In this document: piece by piece, positions 21,860 to 34,221 of the stretch
How positions within the stretch are numbered: position 1 is the stretch's first letter
Layout: each line of letters begins with the position of its first letter
Source of the DNA: an uncultured Actinomycetota bacterium
GTDB lineage: Bacteria; Actinomycetota; Actinomycetes; Actinomycetales; CAWJMD01
Direction of reading: 5' to 3'
Length of the DNA: 64,000 bases
Assembly (NCBI GenBank): GCA_963750285.1
Contig: CAVVQA010000002.1
Span: 198,229 to 262,228 of the forward strand
The notes under the pieces: model-generated
Told to the model about the DNA's origin: nothing
What the model saw: the letters and a program-made list of their open reading frames with translations, nothing else
The model's database searches: none
Made by a program: the position numbers and the translations under genes

Positions 21860-24450
21860 TGACCGCCACGACGGAGAGGGGCAGCGCCACGCAGGCGCCG
21901 CAGCTCGTCACCGCCACCATCGACGGCGTCAGCGTCTCGGTGCCCAAGGGCACCCTGGTGATCCGCGCCGCCGAGCAGATGGGCGTGCACGTCCCGCGGT
22001 TCTGCGACCACCCGCTGCTCGACCCGGTCGGCGCCTGCCGCCAGTGCCTGGTCGACATCGCCACGCCCGGCCCGGACGGCACCCTGCGCCCGATGCCGAA
22101 GCCGCAGCCCTCCTGCGCGATCGAGCTCACCGAGGGCATGCAGGTGCAAGACGCAGGCGACCTCGCCGGTGGCCGAGAAGGCCCAGCACGGCGTGATGGA
22201 GCTCCTGCTCATCAACCACCCGCTCGACTGCCCGGTGTGCGACAAGGGCGGCGAGTGCCCGCTGCAGAACCAGGCGATGAGCGACGGCCGGGCCCGGTCC
22301 CGCTTCCTCGACGTCAAGCGCACCTTCCCCAAGCCGATCAAGATCTCCAGCCAGGTGCTGCTCGACCGCGAGCGGTGCGTGCTGTGCCAGCGCTGCACCC
22401 GCTTCTCCCAGGAGATCGCGGGCGACCCGTTCATCGACCTGCAGCACCGCGGCATCCAGCAGCAGATCGGCACCTTCTCCCCGGGCGTGCTGGGCATCGC
22501 CACCCAGGGCGAGCAGATGCTCGACGAGTCGGGCGTGCCGTTCGCGTCGTACTTCTCCGGCAACACGATCCAGATCTGCCCGGTCGGCGCGCTCACCAGC
22601 GCGGCGTACCGGTTCCGCTCCCGTCCGTTCGACCTGGTGTCGACCCCGTCGGTGTGCGAGCACTGCGCGAGCGGGTGCGCCCAGCGCACCGACCACCGCC
22701 GCGGCTCGGTGCTGCGCCGGCTCGCCGGCGACGACCCGGCGGTGAACGAGGAGTGGAACTGCGACAAGGGCCGTTTCGCCTTCACCTGGTCCAGCGGCAC
22801 CGACCGCCTCACCACGCCGATGGTGCGCGGCGAGGACGGCGAGCTCGAGGCCGTCTCGTGGCCGGTCGCGCTCGAGGCGGCGGCCCGCGGGCTGCAGGCG
22901 GCGCGCGAGGGACGGATCGGCACCCTGGGTGCCGCGAACCAGCACGCCGACCGGCGTCGGGGTGCTGCCCGGAGGGCGCCTGACGCTCGAGGACGCCTAC
23001 GGCTACGCGAAGTTCGCCCGCGTCGCCCTCGGCACCAACGACGTCGACCACCGCTCCCGGGTGCACTCCGAGGAGGAGGGCCAGTTCCTCGCGCACCACG
23101 TGGCGGGCCGTTCGCTGGCCTCGCCCGGCGCCGTGACCTACCACGACCTCGAGAAGGCGCCGGCCGTGCTGCTGGTGGCGTTCGAGCCCGAGGAGGAGTC
23201 GCCGATCGTCTTCCTGCGGCTGCGCAAGGCGGTCCGCAAGAACCGCACCGCGGTCCACGCGATCGCCCCGTTCGCCACCCGCGGACTCACCAAGCTGCGC
23301 GGCACGCTGCTGCCGGCCGCCCCGGGCACCGAGGCCGAGGTCCTCGCCGCCGTCGCCGCGTGGTGACGTCGGCGTGCACGCCACCACCGACGCCCTGCAG
23401 GTCGCCGGGCGCGGTCGTGCTCGTCGGCGAGCGGGCCGCGGCCGTCCCCGGCGCGCTGTCCGCCGCCCTCGCGCGTCGCCGCCGCCACCGGCGCCCGCCT
23501 GGCCTGGATCCCCCGTCGCGCCGGCGAGCGCGGCGCGGTCGAGGCCGGCACGCTGCCGGGCCTGCTCCCCGGCGGCCGCCCGGTCGCCGACGCCGAGGCC
23601 CGGGTCGACGTCGCCGCCGCCTGGGGCGTCGGGTCGCTGCCGGCCGAGCCCGGCCGCGACGCCACGGCGATGCTGCTGGCCGCGGCGCGAGGGTCGCCTC
23701 GGCGCGCTCGTCGTGGGCGGCGTCGACCCCGACGACCTGCCGGACGGGCTGCTCGCCCGCCGCGCGCTCGAGACCGTGCCGTTCGTGGTCAGCCTCGAGG
23801 TGCGCGAGAGCGCCGTCACCGCGTACGCCGACGTCGTGCTGCCGGTGGCGCCGGTGGCCGAGAAGGCCGGCACCTACCTCGACTGGGAGGGCCGCCCGCG
23901 GCCCTTCGACGCCGTGCTCGACTCCCGCGCGATGAGCGACCTGCGCGTCCTGCACGCGCTGGCCGACCAGCTCGACGTCGACCTCGGCGTGCGCGACGCC
24001 GTCTCCGCCCGGGCCGAGCTCACCGAGCTCGGCGCCTGGGAGGGCACCGACGTCGCCGCGCCGACGGTCTCCGCGCAGGAGCCGCCGGAGCCCGGCCCGG
24101 GCGAGGCGGTGCTGGCCACCTGGGACCTCCTGCTCGGCACCGGCCGGCTGCAGGACGGCGAGCCGTTCCTCGCCGGCACCGCGCACCGCTCGCACGCCCG
24201 GCTGTCCGCGGCCACCGCCGCCGCGGCCGGGGTCGCCGACGGCGGCAGCGTCGCCGTCAGCACCGCCGCCGGCACCGTCACCCTCCCGGCCGTCGTCACC
24301 GAGATGCCGGACCACGCGGTCTGGCTGGCCGGCAGCGGCCAGGGCAGCGACGTGCGACGGGTGCTGCGCACCGGCCACGGGAGCCTCGTGCGGGTGTCCG
24401 CCGGAGCCGCCGCCCCGGCGGTCGCCGCCGGTGAGAGGAGCGGGGCATGA
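21859..24450 (+). pseudogene. nuoG: NADH-quinone oxidoreductase subunit G; about six frame breaks
   Basis: [20 protein letters not shown] (frame 1), [20 protein letters not shown]...[10 protein letters not shown]...CPVGALT...CEHCASGC (ORF 22169), [23 protein letters not shown] (ORF 22929), then further switches near 23362, 23400, 23475 and 23695. The C-terminus is in ORF 23374..24450. The ATG shares one base with the nuoF stop. Confidence 0.85.
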
Positions 24451-25869
24451 CCGGCTCGACCGTGCTGGCGGCCGCCGACTTCAGCCAGGACAACGGCTGG
24501 GTGATCGCCGGCAAGATGCTGTTCGTCTTCGGGTTCCTCGTGGTCACCGTGCTCGCGGCGATCCTGCTCGAGCGCAAGATCATCGGCCGGATGCAGAACC
24601 GCCCGGGCCCCAACCGGGCCGGTCCCGGCGGCGCGATCCAGTCGCTCGCCGACGGCGTCAAGCTGATGCTGAAGGAAGACATCATCCCCAAGGGCGCCGA
24701 CCGCGTGATGTACATCGCGGCCCCGGCGATCGCGGCGATCCCGTGCTTCCTGTCGTTCGCGGTGATCCCGATGGGTCCGAACGTGCGGATCCCGTTCACC
24801 GACATCTCGACCCCGCTGCAGATGACCGACCTGCCGGTCGCGGTGCTGTACATCCTCGCCGTCACCAGCATCGGCGTGTACGGGCTGGTGCTCGCGGGCT
24901 GGTCGTCCGGCTCCACCTACCCGCTGCTCGGCGGCGTGCGCTCCACGGCGCAGGTCATCTCCTACGAGCTCGCGATGGGCCTGTCCCTCGTCAGCGTCTT
25001 CGTGATGTCCGGCGCGATGTCGACCTCGCAGATCGTCGACACCCAGGAACGCCTCTGGTGGGGCATCCCGCTGTTCCCGGCGTTCGTCATCTACGTGATC
25101 TCGATGGTGGGGGAGACCAACCGGCTCCCGTTCGACCTGCCCGAGGCCGAGGGCGAGCTGGTCGGCGGCTTCCACACCGAGTACTCCGCGCTGAAGTTCG
25201 CGATGTTCTTCCTGGCCGAGTACGTCAACATGGTCACCGTCTCGGCCCTGGCCACCACGCTGTTCCTCGGCGGCTGGCGCGCCCCGTGGCCGCTGTCGGC
25301 GATCAACGACGGCATGTTCAACGAGGGCTGGTGGCCGCTGCTGTGGTTCACCGCCAAGGTCTGGCTGTTCATGTTCCTGTTCATCTGGCTGCGCGGCTCG
25401 CTGCCGCGGCTGCGGTACGACCAGTTCATGAAGTTCGGCTGGAAGGTGCTGATCCCGGCCGCGCTGGCGTTCATCGTCCTCATCGGCGCGGTGCGCGGCA
25501 TCCAGCTGTTCGCCGACGTGGACCTGCGCAGCTACCTGGTGCCGGCCGCCGCGGTGATCCTCGTGATCGCGATCGCCAGCTGGTTCTGGCCGCAGAAGGC
25601 CGAACCGGCGTCCGAGCGGCGACGGCGCCGCGTTCGACCCGTTCGCCGGCGGGCACCCGGTGCCCCCGATGCCGGGGCAGCAGCTGCCGCCCTCGCGCCG
25701 CCGGGTGGCCAGGGAGGCGCGCGAGCCGGTGACGGTCGGCGCCCCCACGCTCACCAAGGGCGCCGAGGACCGGCTGGCGGACGCCGTGCGCCCTGCCGAC
25801 GGCCCGACCGCCGACCGCCCCGACGGCACCACCCCAGACGTCTCCCCGCAGGAGGACACCCGTGGCTGA
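24447..25869 (+). pseudogene. nuoH: NADH-quinone oxidoreductase subunit H; one frame break near 25620 in the C-terminal tail
   Basis: ATGA overlap with nuo[57 protein letters not shown]. The hydrophilic tail continues in ORF 25660..25869. Confidence 0.9.
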
Positions 25870-26542
25870 CCAGACCCCGGCGCTGCCCGAGGGCAGCCGC
25901 CCGCAGAAGGGCAACTGGGTCACCGACCTGCTGGCACCCGTCGCCGGCTTCGGGGTCTCGTTCCGCACCATGTTCCGCAAGGTGCAGACCGAGCAGTACC
26001 CCGAGCAGAAGGTGCCGACCCAGCCCCGCTACCACGGCCGGCACCAGCTGAACCGGCACCCGGACGGCCTGGAGAAGTGCATCGGCTGCGAGCTGTGCGC
26101 CTGGGCCTGCCCCGCCGACGCGATCTACGTCGAGGGCGCCTCGAACACCCCGGACGCGCAGTTCTCGCCGGGCGAGCGCTACGGCCGCGTCTACCAGATC
26201 AACTACCTGCGCTGCATCTTCTGCGGCCTGTGCATCGAGGCGTGCCCCACCCGCGCGCTGACGATGACGAACGAGTACGAGCTGGCCGGGCCGTCGCGCG
26301 CCGGGCTGATCTACGAGAAGCAGGACCTCCTCGGCCCGATGCTGCCCGGCATGCTCGGCGCCCCGCACCCGATGGTCGAGGGCACCGAGGACACCAGCTA
26401 CTACCGCGGCGAGGTCACCCGCGCCACGCCGGAGCAGGTCGACTGGGTGGAGAAGTACCGCCCGGAGGAGACCTCGCTGTCGGCCTTCGGCGTCACGCCG
26501 ACCGCCGCCGAGCCCACGCCGGCCGCCGGCGGTGAGTCGTGA
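25862..26542 (+). CDS. nuoI: NADH-quinone oxidoreductase subunit I
   Basis: Intact 226 aa. Two 4Fe-4S motifs, [12 protein letters not shown] and [12 protein letters not shown]. Confidence 0.92.
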   Translation: MADQTPALPEGSRPQKGNWVTDLLAPVAGFGVSFRTMFRKVQTEQYPEQKVPTQPRYHGRHQLNRHPDGLEKCIGCELCAWACPADAIYVEGASNTPDAQFSPGERYGRVYQINYLRCIFCGLCIEACPTRALTMTNEYELAGPSRAGLIYEKQDLLGPMLPGMLGAPHPMVEGTEDTSYYRGEVTRATPEQVDWVEKYRPEETSLSAFGVTPTAAEPTPAAGGES

Positions 26543-27583
26543 ACCACCGCGCTCGCACAGGCGATCTCGTCGGCCGCGCCGGTGGCGCCCGACCCGACCC
26601 TCGGCGGCGGCGAGACGATCCTGTTCATGGTGCTGGCCCCGCTGATGGTGATCGCGTCGCTCGGCCTGCTGTTCGTGAAGAAGGCCGTGCACGCCGCCGT
26701 GCTCGTCGCGTTCGTGATGATCTGCCTCGCGGTCATGTACGCCGCGCAGGACGCGCAGTTCCTGTTCGCGGCGCAGATCGTGGTCTACACCGGCGCGGTC
26801 ATGATGCTGTTCCTGTTCGTGCTCATGCTCGTCGGCGTCGACTCCGCCGACTCGCTCGCCGAGACGATCCGCGGCCAGCGCTGGATCGGCCTGGTCGCCG
26901 GCGCGGGGATGGCGCTGCTGCTCATCACCGCCGTCACCGGCATCTCGATCACGTTCCTGCAGGACACCCCGGTCCTCCAGCGGCTCGAGACCGACCCGTT
27001 CGAGTTCCCCGCCCCGCTCGGGCTCGAGGTCGCCAACGCCGACGGCAACCCGGTCGGCGTGGCCCGGCAGGTCTTCGGCCGCTACGTCTTCACCTTCGAG
27101 CTGGTCGGCACGCTGCTGATCATCGCCGCGGTCGGCGCGATCCTGATGACCCACCGCGAGCGGCTCACCCCGCGGCCGACCCAGCGCACGCTGTCGGAGC
27201 AGCGGGTCCGCGACGGCGGCCAGGTGCCGCCGCTGCCGGCCCCCGGTGTCTTCGCCCGGCACAACGCGGTCGACACCCCGGCCCTGCTCCCCGACGGCAC
27301 CCCGAGCGAGCTGTCGGTCTCGCGCGTGCTGCGCGTGCGCGGGCAGAACAGGTCGGCCGACGCCCTGGCCGGGCAGGTGGCCGTCATCCGCGAGGAGATC
27401 AGCGGCCGCGACCGGCCGCGCGGGGGCCACGAGGCCGGCCGCGACACCGGCAACGCGAGCCCCGAGGTCGGCGAGGACGCCGTCGGGTCGCCGCCCGGCG
27501 ACCCGGGCGACCCCGCGAGCGAGGCGGGCACGCCCGGGGCCGCGACCACGGGGACCGGTCCGGACGCCGGAGGTGGGCGATGA
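26539..27583 (+). pseudogene. nuoJ: NADH-quinone oxidoreductase subunit J; probable frame break within the first 15 codons
   Basis: A GTG at 26539 overlaps the nuoI stop (GTGA). The text [34 protein letters not shown] continues in ORF 26582..27583. The TM core is followed by a roughly 140-aa hydrophilic tail. Confidence 0.8.
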
Positions 27584-27879
27584 CGATCGAGTGGTACATC
27601 ATCCTGGCGTCGCTGCTGTTCTCGATCGGCGCGGCCACGGTGCTGGTGCGCCGCAACGCCATCGTGGTGTTCATGGGTGTCGAGCTGATGCTCAACGCCG
27701 CGAACCTGCTGCTGGTGACGTTCTCGCGCGCCCGCGGCGACCTCGAGGGCCAGGTGATCGCCTTCTTCGTGATGGTCGTCGCCGCGGCCGAGGTCGTGGT
27801 CGGTCTGGCGATCATCGTGTCCATCTTCCGCAGCCGCAGGTCCGCGTCGGTCGACGACGTGAACCTGCTGAAGTACTGA
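27580..27879 (+). CDS. nuoK: NADH-quinone oxidoreductase subunit K
   Basis: ATGA overlap with nuo[47 protein letters not shown]...; 99 aa, intact. Confidence 0.9.
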   Translation: MTIEWYIILASLLFSIGAATVLVRRNAIVVFMGVELMLNAANLLLVTFSRARGDLEGQVIAFFVMVVAAAEVVVGLAIIVSIFRSRRSASVDDVNLLKY

Positions 27880-27910
27880 CGCCCGACATGCAGAGGAAGG
27901 GACCGACCAG

Positions 27911-29857
27911 GTGAACCCCCTGTCCGCAGTGCTCACCGGCGAGACCGCCGGAGAGGCAGCGCACGGCGCCGCCGTGGCCGCCGAGGGCGTCGTGGCCTCG
28001 TCGTGGCTGCTGGTCGCCCTCCCGCTCGCGGGCGCGTTCGTCCTCCTGCTCGGGGGGCGGCGCACCGACCGGTGGGGCCACTGGCTCGCGGTCGCCCTCT
28101 CGTGGGGGGCGTTCGTCCTCGGCGCCGCCGTCTTCCTCGCCCTCGTCGGCGGCGAGCAGCGCGTCCAGGACCTGCACCTGTACTCGTGGGTGCCGGCCGG
28201 GAGCTTCCAGGTCGACGCCGGCATGCGGCTCGACCCGCTGTCGCTGACCTTCGTCCTGCTGGTGACCTTCGTCGGGTCGCTCATCCACGTGTACTCGGTC
28301 GCGTACATGGAGCACGACCCCGACCGCCGCCGGTTCTTCGCCTACCTCAACCTGTTCATCGCGGCGATGCTGCTGCTGGTGCTGGCCGACAGCTTCCTGC
28401 TGCTGTACGTCGGCTGGGAGGGCGTCGGCCTCGCGTCGTACCTGCTGATCGGGTTCTGGAACCACCGCCCCGAGTACGCCACCGCCGCCAAGAAGGCGTT
28501 CGTGCTCAACCGGATCGGCGACGTCGGGCTCGGCCTGGCGATCATGGCGATGTTCGTCGTGTTCGGCGCGGTCGACTTCGACACGGTGCTCACCGGCGCG
28601 CCCGAGGCGTCCGAGGGGTGGCTCACCTTCATCGGGCTGATGCTGCTGCTCGCCGCCTGCGGCAAGTCGGCGCAGTTCCCGCTGCAGTCCTGGCTCGGTG
28701 ACGCGATGGCCGGCCCGACGCCGGTCTCCGCCCTCATCCACGCCGCGACGATGGTCACCGCCGGCGTCTACCTCGTCGTGCGCTCCGGCGCGGTCTTCGA
28801 GGGCGCGCCCACCGCGCAGCTCGCCGTGGTCGTCGTCGGCGCGATCACGCTGGTGTTCGGGGCGATCGTCGGCTGCGCCAAGGACGACATCAAGAAGGCG
28901 CTGGCCGCCTCGACGATGTCGCAGATCGGCTACATGATGCTCGCCGCCGGCCTCGGCCCGGTGGGCTACGTGTTCGCGATCTTCCACCTGGTGACGCACG
29001 GCTTCTTCAAGGCCGGCATGTTCCTCGGCGCCGGCTCGGTCATGCACGGCATGGACGACGTCGTCGACATGCGCCGGTTCGGCCAGCTCGCCGGGTCGAT
29101 GCGCACCACCTGGCTGACCTTCGGCGCCGGCTGGCTCGCCATCATCGGCTTCCCGCTGCTGTCCGGCTTCTGGAGCAAGGACAAGATCATCGAGGCGGCG
29201 TTCATGCCGGTCGAGTCGGAGTGGCGCGCCTGGCTGTTCGGCTCGGTCACGCTGCTGGCCGCCGGCCTCACCGCGTTCTACATGTCGCGGCTGTTCTTCA
29301 TGACCTTCCACGGCCGCAAGCGCTGGGCCGACAAGGCGCACCCGCACGAGTCGCCGCTGCTGATGACCGTCCCGATGGTCGTGCTGGCCGCCGGCTCGGT
29401 CCTGCTCGGTGGCCTGCTCGCCCTCAACAGCTCCTTCGTCCACTGGCTCGAGCCGGTGGTGCCCGAGGCCCACGTCGAGCCCGTGCTGCCCGTCCCGGTG
29501 ATCACGGGCCTCACCCTCGCCCTCGTGGCCATCGGCGTCGGGCTGGCCTGGCGCCAGTACCACCTGATGGACGTGGGCGCGCCGAGCACCTCGCTCGCGT
29601 CGCGGGCCGCGCGCGCCGACCTCTACCAGGAGGTCGTCAACCAGTCCGCGTTCGAGCGTCCCGGCCTGTACCTGACCCGGTCGCTGGTCTACGTCGACCA
29701 GGCAGGCGTCGACGGCGCGGTCAGCGGCGGCGCGCGGCTCACCTCCGGCTTCGGCGGCTGGTTGGCCAAGTGGCAGAACGGTTTCGTGCGCTCGTACGCG
29801 TCCCTGATGCTCGTCGGCGTGGTCGTCCTGCTCGGCGCCGTCCTGGTGGTGAGGTGA
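27911..29857 (+). CDS. nuoL: NADH-quinone oxidoreductase subunit L
   Basis: Intact 648 aa. Antiporter-like text [52 protein letters not shown]. Confidence 0.92.
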   Translation: MNPLSAVLTGETAGEAAHGAAVAAEGVVASSWLLVALPLAGAFVLLLGGRRTDRWGHWLAVALSWGAFVLGAAVFLALVGGEQRVQDLHLYSWVPAGSFQVDAGMRLDPLSLTFVLLVTFVGSLIHVYSVAYMEHDPDRRRFFAYLNLFIAAMLLLVLADSFLLLYVGWEGVGLASYLLIGFWNHRPEYATAAKKAFVLNRIGDVGLGLAIMAMFVVFGAVDFDTVLTGAPEASEGWLTFIGLMLLLAACGKSAQFPLQSWLGDAMAGPTPVSALIHAATMVTAGVYLVVRSGAVFEGAPTAQLAVVVVGAITLVFGAIVGCAKDDIKKALAASTMSQIGYMMLAAGLGPVGYVFAIFHLVTHGFFKAGMFLGAGSVMHGMDDVVDMRRFGQLAGSMRTTWLTFGAGWLAIIGFPLLSGFWSKDKIIEAAFMPVESEWRAWLFGSVTLLAAGLTAFYMSRLFFMTFHGRKRWADKAHPHESPLLMTVPMVVLAAGSVLLGGLLALNSSFVHWLEPVVPEAHVEPVLPVPVITGLTLALVAIGVGLAWRQYHLMDVGAPSTSLASRAARADLYQEVVNQSAFERPGLYLTRSLVYVDQAGVDGAVSGGARLTSGFGGWLAKWQNGFVRSYASLMLVGVVVLLGAVLVVR

Positions 29858-31431
29858 CAGTGGAGATCGACGTGGAGAACTTCCCCTGGCTGACGACGAT
29901 CGGCCTGCTGCCCCTCGTGGGGTCGCTGCTGCTCGCCGCCCTGCCCGCGGGCCTGCGCCGCCTCTCCCGCGAGATCGCCCTCGGCGTCTCGCTGCTGACG
30001 CTCGCGGCCGTCGTGGCGATGGCGTCCCAGTTCGACGTCGGCGCCGGCGGGGAGTACCAGTTCGCCGAGACCGCCGGCTGGATCCCGCAGTTCGGTGTCT
30101 CGTACGCGCTGGGCGTCAACGGCATCGGCCTGGTGATGCTCCTGCTGGCCACCGTCCTGGTGCCCGTCTGCGTGCTCGCCTCGTGGCACGACGCCGGTGA
30201 GGACCCGCAGCGGATGCGGCTGTTCTTCGCGCTGGTGCTGGTGCTCGAGACGATGATGATCGGCGTCTTCGCCGCCCGCGACGTCTTCCTGTTCTACGTG
30301 TTCTTCGAGGCGATGCTGATCCCGATGTACTTCCTCATCGGGTCGTTCGGCGGGGTGCAGGGCAAGTTCGCGGCGATGAAGTTCCTGCTGTTCTCCCTCG
30401 CCGGCGGGCTGCTCATGCTGGTGGCGCTGATCGGGCTGGCGCTGGTCGCCCTGCGCGGCGCCGACGGCGGTCTGGCCCCCGACGCGTTCCTCACCTCCAA
30501 CCTCACCGGGCTCGACTTCGGCTCGGTCGGCCTGGAGCGCTGGATCTTCGTCGGGTTCTTCATCGCGTTCGCGATCAAGGCGCCGATGTGGCCGGTGCAC
30601 ACCTGGCTGCCCGACGCCGCCGCGTCCGCCACCCCGGGCGGCGCGGTGCTGCTGGTCGGCGTGCTCGACAAGGTCGGCACCTTCGGCATGATCACGCTCT
30701 GCCTGCCGCTGTTCCCGGGCGCGAGCCGCTGGGCCGCACCGGTGATCGTGGTGCTGGCCGTGATCTCGATCCTCTACGGCGCGCTGCTGGCCATCGGCCA
30801 GAGCGACCTCAAGCGCCTGATCGCGTTCACGTCGATCTCGCACTTCGGCTTCATCGTGCTCGGCGTCTTCGCCATGACGTCGTCGGGCCAGGCCGGCTCG
30901 GTGCTCTACATGGTCAACCACGGCTTCTCCACCGCGGCGCTGTTCCTCGCGGCGGGCATGTTCATCGCCCGGTACGGCACCTCGCGGATCGCCGACTACG
31001 GCGGACTGCAGCGGGTCACGCCGCTGCTCGCCGGCTCGTTCCTGGTGGCGGGCCTGTCGTCGCTGGCGCTGCCCGGCCTGTCCAGCTTCGTCAGCGAGTT
31101 CCTCGTGCTGGTGGGCACGTTCGTGCGCTACCCGGTGGCGGCCGTGCTGGCCACGCTCGGCATCGTGCTCGCCGCGCTGTACATCCTGATGACCTACCAG
31201 CGGATGGCCACCGGGCCGGTGCCGGAGAACATGAAGGGCCGCCCGGACCTGAGGGCGCGCGAGATCTGGGTGCTCGCACCGGTGCTGCTCGTCATCGTCG
31301 CCCTCGGGTTCTTCCCGCGGCCGGTGCTCGACGTCATCAACCCCGCGATCGAGCGCACCATGAGCGACGTCGGGGTCACCGACCCGGACTCGCTCGTGAC
31401 CATCCCCACCCCGGACGGAGCCGACCAGTGA
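29854..31431 (+). CDS. nuoM: NADH-quinone oxidoreductase subunit M
   Basis: Tail of ORF 29221..31431 from the GTG at 29854 (GTGA overlap with nuoL; alternative GTG at 29860). [35 protein letters not shown]. Intact. Confidence 0.9.
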   Translation: MTVEIDVENFPWLTTIGLLPLVGSLLLAALPAGLRRLSREIALGVSLLTLAAVVAMASQFDVGAGGEYQFAETAGWIPQFGVSYALGVNGIGLVMLLLATVLVPVCVLASWHDAGEDPQRMRLFFALVLVLETMMIGVFAARDVFLFYVFFEAMLIPMYFLIGSFGGVQGKFAAMKFLLFSLAGGLLMLVALIGLALVALRGADGGLAPDAFLTSNLTGLDFGSVGLERWIFVGFFIAFAIKAPMWPVHTWLPDAAASATPGGAVLLVGVLDKVGTFGMITLCLPLFPGASRWAAPVIVVLAVISILYGALLAIGQSDLKRLIAFTSISHFGFIVLGVFAMTSSGQAGSVLYMVNHGFSTAALFLAAGMFIARYGTSRIADYGGLQRVTPLLAGSFLVAGLSSLALPGLSSFVSEFLVLVGTFVRYPVAAVLATLGIVLAALYILMTYQRMATGPVPENMKGRPDLRAREIWVLAPVLLVIVALGFFPRPVLDVINPAIERTMSDVGVTDPDSLVTIPTPDGADQ

Positions 31432-33103
31432 GCGCGCTGCACGAGACGTCGATGGCGGCGCTGCCTGCTCGGCGGCCCTGCCCGCCCAGCTGGTTCCCGA
31501 CGGCGGCGGTCGAGCACCTTCACCGCGCCCGACGTCGACTGGCTCGCGGCCGGACCGGTCGTCGCCGTCCTGGCCGCCGCCGTGGTCGGCGTCCTGGTCG
31601 AGGCGTTCGTGCCGCGCGGGGCGCGCCGGGTCACCCAGATGCTGGTCGCCGGCCTCGGCCTGCTGGTGTCGATGTCGCTGCTCGTCGTCCTCTGGCGCGA
31701 CGACGTGACGCACCAGGTGCTGCTGTCGGCCACCGACACCGCAGGCCTCGGCGATGGTGCTCGACCGGATCGCCCTGTTCCTGCAGGGCTCGCTCGTCGT
31801 CCTCACCGCGCTGTCGCTGCTGGTGCTGGGGGAGAAGGGCACCGACCGCCGGCTCGAGGCGTTCGCGGCGCAGCCGGCCACCGGGCCCGGCTCCGCCGAG
31901 GAGGCCGCCGCCGAGAGGGCCGGCCGGGAGACCACCGACGTCTTCCCGCTGGCGATGTTCGCCGCCGGCGGCATGATGGTCTTCTCCTCGGCCGCCGACC
32001 TGCTGACGATGTTCGTCGCGCTCGAGGTGCTCTCGCTCCCGCTCTACATCATGGCCGGCCTGGCCCGACGCCGGCGCCTGCTGTCGCAGGAGGCCTCGCT
32101 GAAGTACTTCCTGCTGGGGGCGTTCTCGTCCGCGCTGTTCCTGTTCGGCCTGGCGCTGGTGTACGGCGTCACGGGCACCATCAACCTGGGCGCGATCGGC
32201 CAGGCGCTGTCGCAGCCCGGGATCGACTGGACCAGCCGGATCCCGCTGATCGTGGTCGGCGCGTTCCTGATCGTCGTCGGGCTGCTGTTCAAGGTCGGCG
32301 CCGTCCCGTTCCACGCGTGGACCCCCGACGTCTACACCGGCGCGCCCACGTCGGTCACCGGGTTCATGGCCGCCTGCACGAAGGTCGCGGCGTTCGGTGC
32401 GCTGATCCGGGTGCTGTACCTGTCGCTGCCGGCGCTGGAGGAGGTCCTGCAGCCCGCGCTGTGGGTCATCGCCGCCCTCACCATGGTGGTCGGGTCGCTG
32501 GTCGCGATCCGCCAGACCGACGTCAAGCGGATGCTCGCCTACAGCTCGATCGCGCACGCCGGCTTCATCCTCACCGGCCTGGTGACGGTGCAGCAGGCCG
32601 GCGTGGTCGGCGTCCTGTTCTACGTGCTCGCCTACGGGCTCAGCACCGTCGCCGCGTTCGGCATCGTCACCCTGGTCCGCGAGAGCGACGAGGACGGCGG
32701 CGTCGGCGGCGAGGCCACGCACCTGTCGCAGTGGGCCGGCCTCGGCCGCCGCTCGCCGGTGCTCGCGGCCGCGTTCACCTTCCTGCTGCTCGCGCTGGCC
32801 GGGATCCCGCTCACCAGCGGCTTCATCGCCAAGGTCGGCGTGTTCTCCGCGGCCGTCACCGGCGGCATCGCCTGGCTGGCCGTGATCGGCGTGCTCGCCA
32901 GCGCGGCGGCCGCGTTCTTCTACCTGCGGGTCGTCGTGCTGATGTACTTCACCGAGCCGTCGACCGAGCGTCCCACCGTGGTCGCCGGCGGCTGGCTCAC
33001 CGGCACGGCGGTGGGCATCGGCGTCGTCGCCACCCTGGTGCTGGGCGTCTTCCCGCAGCCGTTCCTCGACCTCGCGGGGGCCATCACGGCCGCCGCGCCC
33101 TGA
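31428..33103 (+). pseudogene. nuoN: NADH-quinone oxidoreductase subunit N; two to three frame breaks in the first 330 nt
   Basis: GTGA overlap with nuoM. FTAPDVDWLAAGPVVAVLAAAVVGVLVEAF is in ORF 31582, and the rest is in ORF 31754..33103 (LEVLSLPLYIMAG, KVGAVPFHAWTPDVYTGAPT, AYSSIAHAGF). Confidence 0.85.
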
Positions 33104-33114
33104 CCGACGGGGCA

Positions 33115-34107
33115 GTGGTGGCCGGTCGAGAGCAGCGGACCACGGTGACCGACGCCGTCGCGCAGGGTCTGGACGAGGTCGAGCTCCGGCTGCGCGAGGC
33201 CGTCGCGCACAGCGACGAGCTGGCCGACACCGTCTCGCGGCACCTGGTCGAGGCCGGCGGCAAGCGGGTGCGCCCGATGCTGGCGCTGCTCGCCGCGCAC
33301 CTCGGCGACCCCACCCGTCCCGAGGTCCTCGACGCCGCCGTGGTGGTCGAGCTGACCCACCTGGCCACGCTGTACCACGACGACGTGATGGACTCCGCGC
33401 CCACGCGGCGCGGCGCACCGTCCGTGCACGCGCTGTGGGGCAACAGCGTCGCCATCCTCACCGGCGACCTGCTGTTCGCCCGCGCCTCGCGGGTGGTCGC
33501 CGGCCTCGGGCCGCAGGCCGTGCGGATCCAGGCCGCCACCTTCGAGCGGCTCTGCCTCGGCCAGCTGCACGAGACCGTCGGCCCGCGGCCCGGCGAGGAC
33601 CCGGTCGAGCACTACCTCGGCGTGCTGGCCGACAAGACCGGCTCCCTGATCGCCACCTCCGGCCGGTTCGGTGCGATGTTCGCCGGCTGCTCGCGCGAGG
33701 TCACCGACGTGCTGGTCGACTACGGCGAGAAGGTCGGCGTCGCCTTCCAGCTCGCCGACGACGTCATCGACCTCAGCTCCGACCCCGCCGTCACCGGCAA
33801 GACCCCCGGCACCGACCTGCGCGAGGGCGTCCCCACGCTGCCGGTGCTGCTGGCCCGCCGGGCCGCCGCCGAGGGCGACGCCGACGCCGTCAAGGTGGTC
33901 GAGGTCGTCGACGGCGACCTGTCCGACGACGCCGCCCTCGCCGACGCCGTCCGGCTGCTGCGCGAGCACCCCGTCACCGGTGTCGCCCGCGAGCACGCCC
34001 GGCGCTGGGCCGACGAGGCCGTCGCCGCCCTCGAGCCCCTCCCCGACGGCGAGGTCAAGGCCGCCCTGGCCGACTTCGCCGGCGAGGTCGCCGCCCGCAC
34101 CGCCTGA
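33115..34107 (+). CDS. polyprenyl diphosphate synthase (trans-isoprenyl diphosphate synthase family)
   Basis: Tail of ORF 31582..34107 from the GTG at 33115. Both Asp-rich motifs are present, LYHDDVMD and FQLADDVID, plus KRVRPML. Intact. Confidence 0.85.
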   Translation: MVAGREQRTTVTDAVAQGLDEVELRLREAVAHSDELADTVSRHLVEAGGKRVRPMLALLAAHLGDPTRPEVLDAAVVVELTHLATLYHDDVMDSAPTRRGAPSVHALWGNSVAILTGDLLFARASRVVAGLGPQAVRIQAATFERLCLGQLHETVGPRPGEDPVEHYLGVLADKTGSLIATSGRFGAMFAGCSREVTDVLVDYGEKVGVAFQLADDVIDLSSDPAVTGKTPGTDLREGVPTLPVLLARRAAAEGDADAVKVVEVVDGDLSDDAALADAVRLLREHPVTGVAREHARRWADEAVAALEPLPDGEVKAALADFAGEVAARTA

Positions 34108-34128
34108 CCGTCACCCTGGGCCCGCTGG

Positions 34129-34160
34129 CCTAGTGAACGTGGCGACCACCACGTTCACTA
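34129..34160. terminator. perfect 14-bp-stem hairpin between convergent polyprenyl synthase and phoX genes (candidate bidirectional terminator)
   Basis: CCTAGTGAACGTGG cgac CCACGTTCACTAGG is a perfect inverted repeat with a 4-nt loop. Confidence 0.5.
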
Positions 34161-34221
34161 GGCGTGCGAGCCCAGCGAGGTAGGTGCACGCCTCGCCAGG
34201 ACGCCTGCGGGACAGCGCCCG

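Noticed and set aside
23364-23366. In-frame stop (…AAVAAW*) suggesting a naturally split nuoG
   Set aside because: NuoG-like text continues immediately in another frame ([12 protein letters not shown], then [21 protein letters not shown]). It changes frame three more times within 350 nt, which fits indels rather than a gene split.
23874-33418. Series of long minus-strand ORFs (23874..25859, 25751..27430, 27812..29563, 29689..31974, 31631..33418) opposite nuoG-nuoN
   Set aside because: These are the same shadow-ORF phenomenon. The plus strand carries intact or nearly intact membrane-subunit genes with strong G/C3 bias, and the minus-strand translations are low-complexity Arg/Gly/Asp/His strings.
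34129-34160. Perfect palindrome containing TAGTGAA / TTCACTA half-sites as a second Rex operator, or as a mobile-element terminal repeat
   Set aside because: The half-sites are 16 nt apart rather than 4, so it does not fit the Rex operator geometry. It sits between two convergent stop codons, where a terminator hairpin is the simpler explanation. There is no second copy or transposase nearby.
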